NCBI RefSeq assembly: GCF_006345805.1
Contig: NC_043004.1
Coordinates: 72,478,001 to 72,542,000, forward strand
Reading direction: 5' to 3'
Length of the DNA: 64,000 nucleotides
Source: Octopus sinensis
Lineage: Eukaryota
Each line of letters starts with the position of its first letter. The first letter of the stretch is position 1. The position numbers and the translations under genes are program-made. The notes beneath the pieces are model-generated. The model was not told the DNA's origin. It searched no databases and saw only the letters and a program-made list of their open reading frames with translations. Shown here piece by piece: positions 61,318 to 64,000 of this stretch.

Positions 61318-61690
61318 TTTTTCAGTCATTTGATTACTGGAATAACGCCTTAATGTGTTTTAGAGGAACAAATCGACCCCATAATTTATTGTTGCCAGAC
61401 TAGTATTCATTCTATAACTTTCCCTTGTCAACCCGCTCCATAACAGGGACGTAAACACACCAACATCAGTTGTCAAGTGAGAGTGAGGGGGACAAACACA
61501 GACACACATAAGTATATACATAGATATAAGACGTGTTTATTACAGTTACTCTCTACTAAATACACTCACAAGGCCTTGGTCAACCCGAGGATATAGTAGA
61601 AGACACTTGCCCAAGATGCCATGCAGCGGAACTGAACCGGAATCTATGTGTTTGGGAAGCTAGTTTCTTACCACACAACCACGTCTCCGT
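61318..61690 (-). mobile_element. Old degenerate OK-type SINE
   Basis: Contains TTTCAGTCATTTGA, GACGTAAACACACC, CACTCACAAGGC and GACACTTGCCCAAGATGCC. Confidence 0.75.
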
Positions 61691-62381
61691 CTTCACACAG
61701 CTCCGCCTCCGCGAGATATAAATATACATATATGTGTTTGCGTAAGAGTGTGTGAATGCGTCTGTGTGTATGCAGTGGGGACCCAGGATCTTTTTTGTTT
61801 CCAAAAAATTACTATATTAGTTGGGAATCGCAATTTGTAACAAATGGACACATTTTTATGTATTCTATGTTGTAGCAGACCAGAAACATATAAAACAGTT
61901 ATGCTCTGAAAAACCTTGGTCCCGGCACTTTTTTGGTGTTGGATCGGCCAGAAAGGGTGTGACCCGGGCAACTAGGGCAACACCCCTGCCTCAACTACTG
62001 GTATCTATGTAGACATGTAAGCTTGCTGCATTTATATGTTGATGGATGGATGGATGGACGCATGTATGCAGGTAAGCTTGATGTATGTATGTATGTATGT
62101 ATGTATGTATTATGAATGTGTATGCGTGTGTCATTTATTGAGTCACCACTATACAAATGGCAAACAATGCTAATTTCTTTGAGAGAGAAAGTTGTATGAA
62201 ATATTTGGAGAAGAGGATTGTTGACTATTTTAGGACCAAAGCTTTGTTGTTTACTTCACTTGACTTAACATTTAGAACATACTTAAACAACCTGCCACTG
62301 TCTTGTGTCTCGACTACTACAATGTATCAGAATATTAATGCAATGACAAGGACGTAGTACTACAATGTTGTGGTAAACAAC

Positions 62382-62417
<36 letters not shown>

Positions 62418-62636
62418 TATCAGCTTTATATTATATATGCATATGCATAATATGTATATGATACATACATATTTATATGTGGGCGTATGTATTTATATAT
62501 ATGTATGTATATATATAACTTTTTTTATATATAACTTTTTTTGATAAGGTTCAATTCAGGAACTGAAACATGTTATAATGTATATATAAAAATTAAAAAT
62601 TGTATAATACAGCAGCATTTTCGAACTTCATTTTTT

Positions 62637-62695
<59 letters not shown>

Positions 62696-62725
62696 ATATT
62701 CATACATATATACATATAGACATAC

Positions 62726-62750
62726 AGATAGATAGATAAGATAGATAGAT

Positions 62751-62846
<96 letters not shown>

Positions 62847-62858
62847 GGATAGATAGAT
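62726..62858. repeat. (GATA)n microsatellite
   Basis: Direct read. Confidence 0.95.
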
Positions 62859-63149
62859 ATATTACATGTGTGTGTCCGTGTAACTACAATAAGGGCTTAG
62901 AAATAAATTTCCTAGCCATATGCTGAGAAAAAGACGCTAAATTGCCTCATCACTGAAAAAAGTCAGAAACACATGTTGAATTCGATGCAACAAGCCAACG
63001 GAAATTTTCGATAAGATAATTCTGCATTAGCTAAAATCTGGATCTGTCCAAATGCTCTCCCATCTTCAGCGGAAACATACTATAGATATAAATGAGATAT
63101 TTATTAATGCACATAGGAAAGCGAAACGCAAATCCATAAATACGCATAA

Positions 63150-64000
63150 ATTCCCCATTCTGCTGCCAGTTTGCGTAGACGCAGGCCAGCAAGTGTCCGA
63201 GCAAGTCCGGCATACTACGATAAAATTCATAGGGCAGACCATCCAGCCCCGGCGACTTGTTCCTGGCGCATTCATCCAGCACATCCCCGACCTCCGCAGC
63301 TGTAATCGACTCTTCACCACATTCGGGCTCCCGCGCCGAGAGTCGCGGCCCGCCGGCGAACAAGTCCTTTAGGGACACCCCACGGTCTAGCGCCCCGCTC
63401 GTCCCAAACCACCGGTCGAAATCTCTAATGATTAGTCCACGTCCACTGTGGAACGAGTACTTCACTCAGTCTATATTGGTCTACTAGGTTATAGCTTGCT
63501 AGTAGCTTTTTTTAGACCAGAACGTCCCCTTCTATCGGTCGAGCCAACACTATCCACCCCTGCTTCGAGAATAGTGTTAACGTCTCCTACTATATCTAGA
63601 GTTTTAGACGTCACCAGAAAGCTCTCCAGGTCTCGAAAAAAAAAACACCTTGTCTGCTCTCTTTCGGAGCGTAGACCGCTAACGACCTAAAGGACTGCTT
63701 ACTCGCTTGTCACATCTAAGACGACCAACCTAACTTCTCGGTCCAGAAAGACTGTACTTACCTGTATGTCCAAGCTTTTTCTGAACAACACCACCAGGCC
63801 CCCGTCGACTAGGAGAAATAAATTTCTCATAGCCATTTAGAAGAGACAAGAACCCCTGTGGCCCGTTCAACTTCCACTCAGTCGCAACACATATATCCGG
63901 TTCTAGTGAACTGAAGTCGTTCAGGAGACAAGTTTGCTTCCATTTCGATCTCAGGCCACGAACATTTATATTACCTAACTTAATTTCCATGGTAAAAATT
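63150..64000 (-). mobile_element. L1/Tx1-clade LINE: APE endonuclease + start of RT, internally deleted
   Basis: Translations MEIKLGNINVRGL..DICVATE, AVYAP, VGDVN and WTWTN, then SITAAEV..L..CARNKSPGLDGLPYEFY. Confidence 0.85.

Overview
AT-rich, microsatellite-dense eukaryotic genomic DNA. It is most likely from an octopus/cephalopod, inferred from recognisable tRNA-derived SINE families. There is one 100-N scaffold gap (15371-15470). About half the window is transposon-derived: R4/Dong-clade LINEs sitting in (TAA)n tracts (including a ~9 kb same-strand pile-up), at least three lineages of Penelope-like elements (PLEs), Helitron remnants, L1/Tx1, RTE, CR1 and an RNase H-bearing I-group LINE, a deleted mariner, a MITE and three SINE families. 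One host gene is supported. It lies on the minus strand, has a signal peptide + LRRNT exon (30712-30913) and five 72-nt, phase 2-2 LRR exons (21853-21924, 21210-21281, 19898-19969, 17369-17440, 16262-16333) that splice in frame and sit in duplicated intron-exon cassettes. The most notable unannotated signal is a set of type I hammerhead ribozyme (HHR) motifs from four unrelated repeat families. These are a 564-bp head-to-tail tandem with one HHR per unit inserted in a SINE microsatellite (retrozyme-like, 45839-47091), a near-perfect solo HHR island in a (TA)n tract (56336-56399), an A3-U8 core-variant HHR downstream of a PLE endonuclease (5961-5997), and a weaker variant present twice (12004, 44122). 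All calls were made by eye from sequence and translation. No searches or folding programs were run, so boundaries of degenerate elements are approximate.
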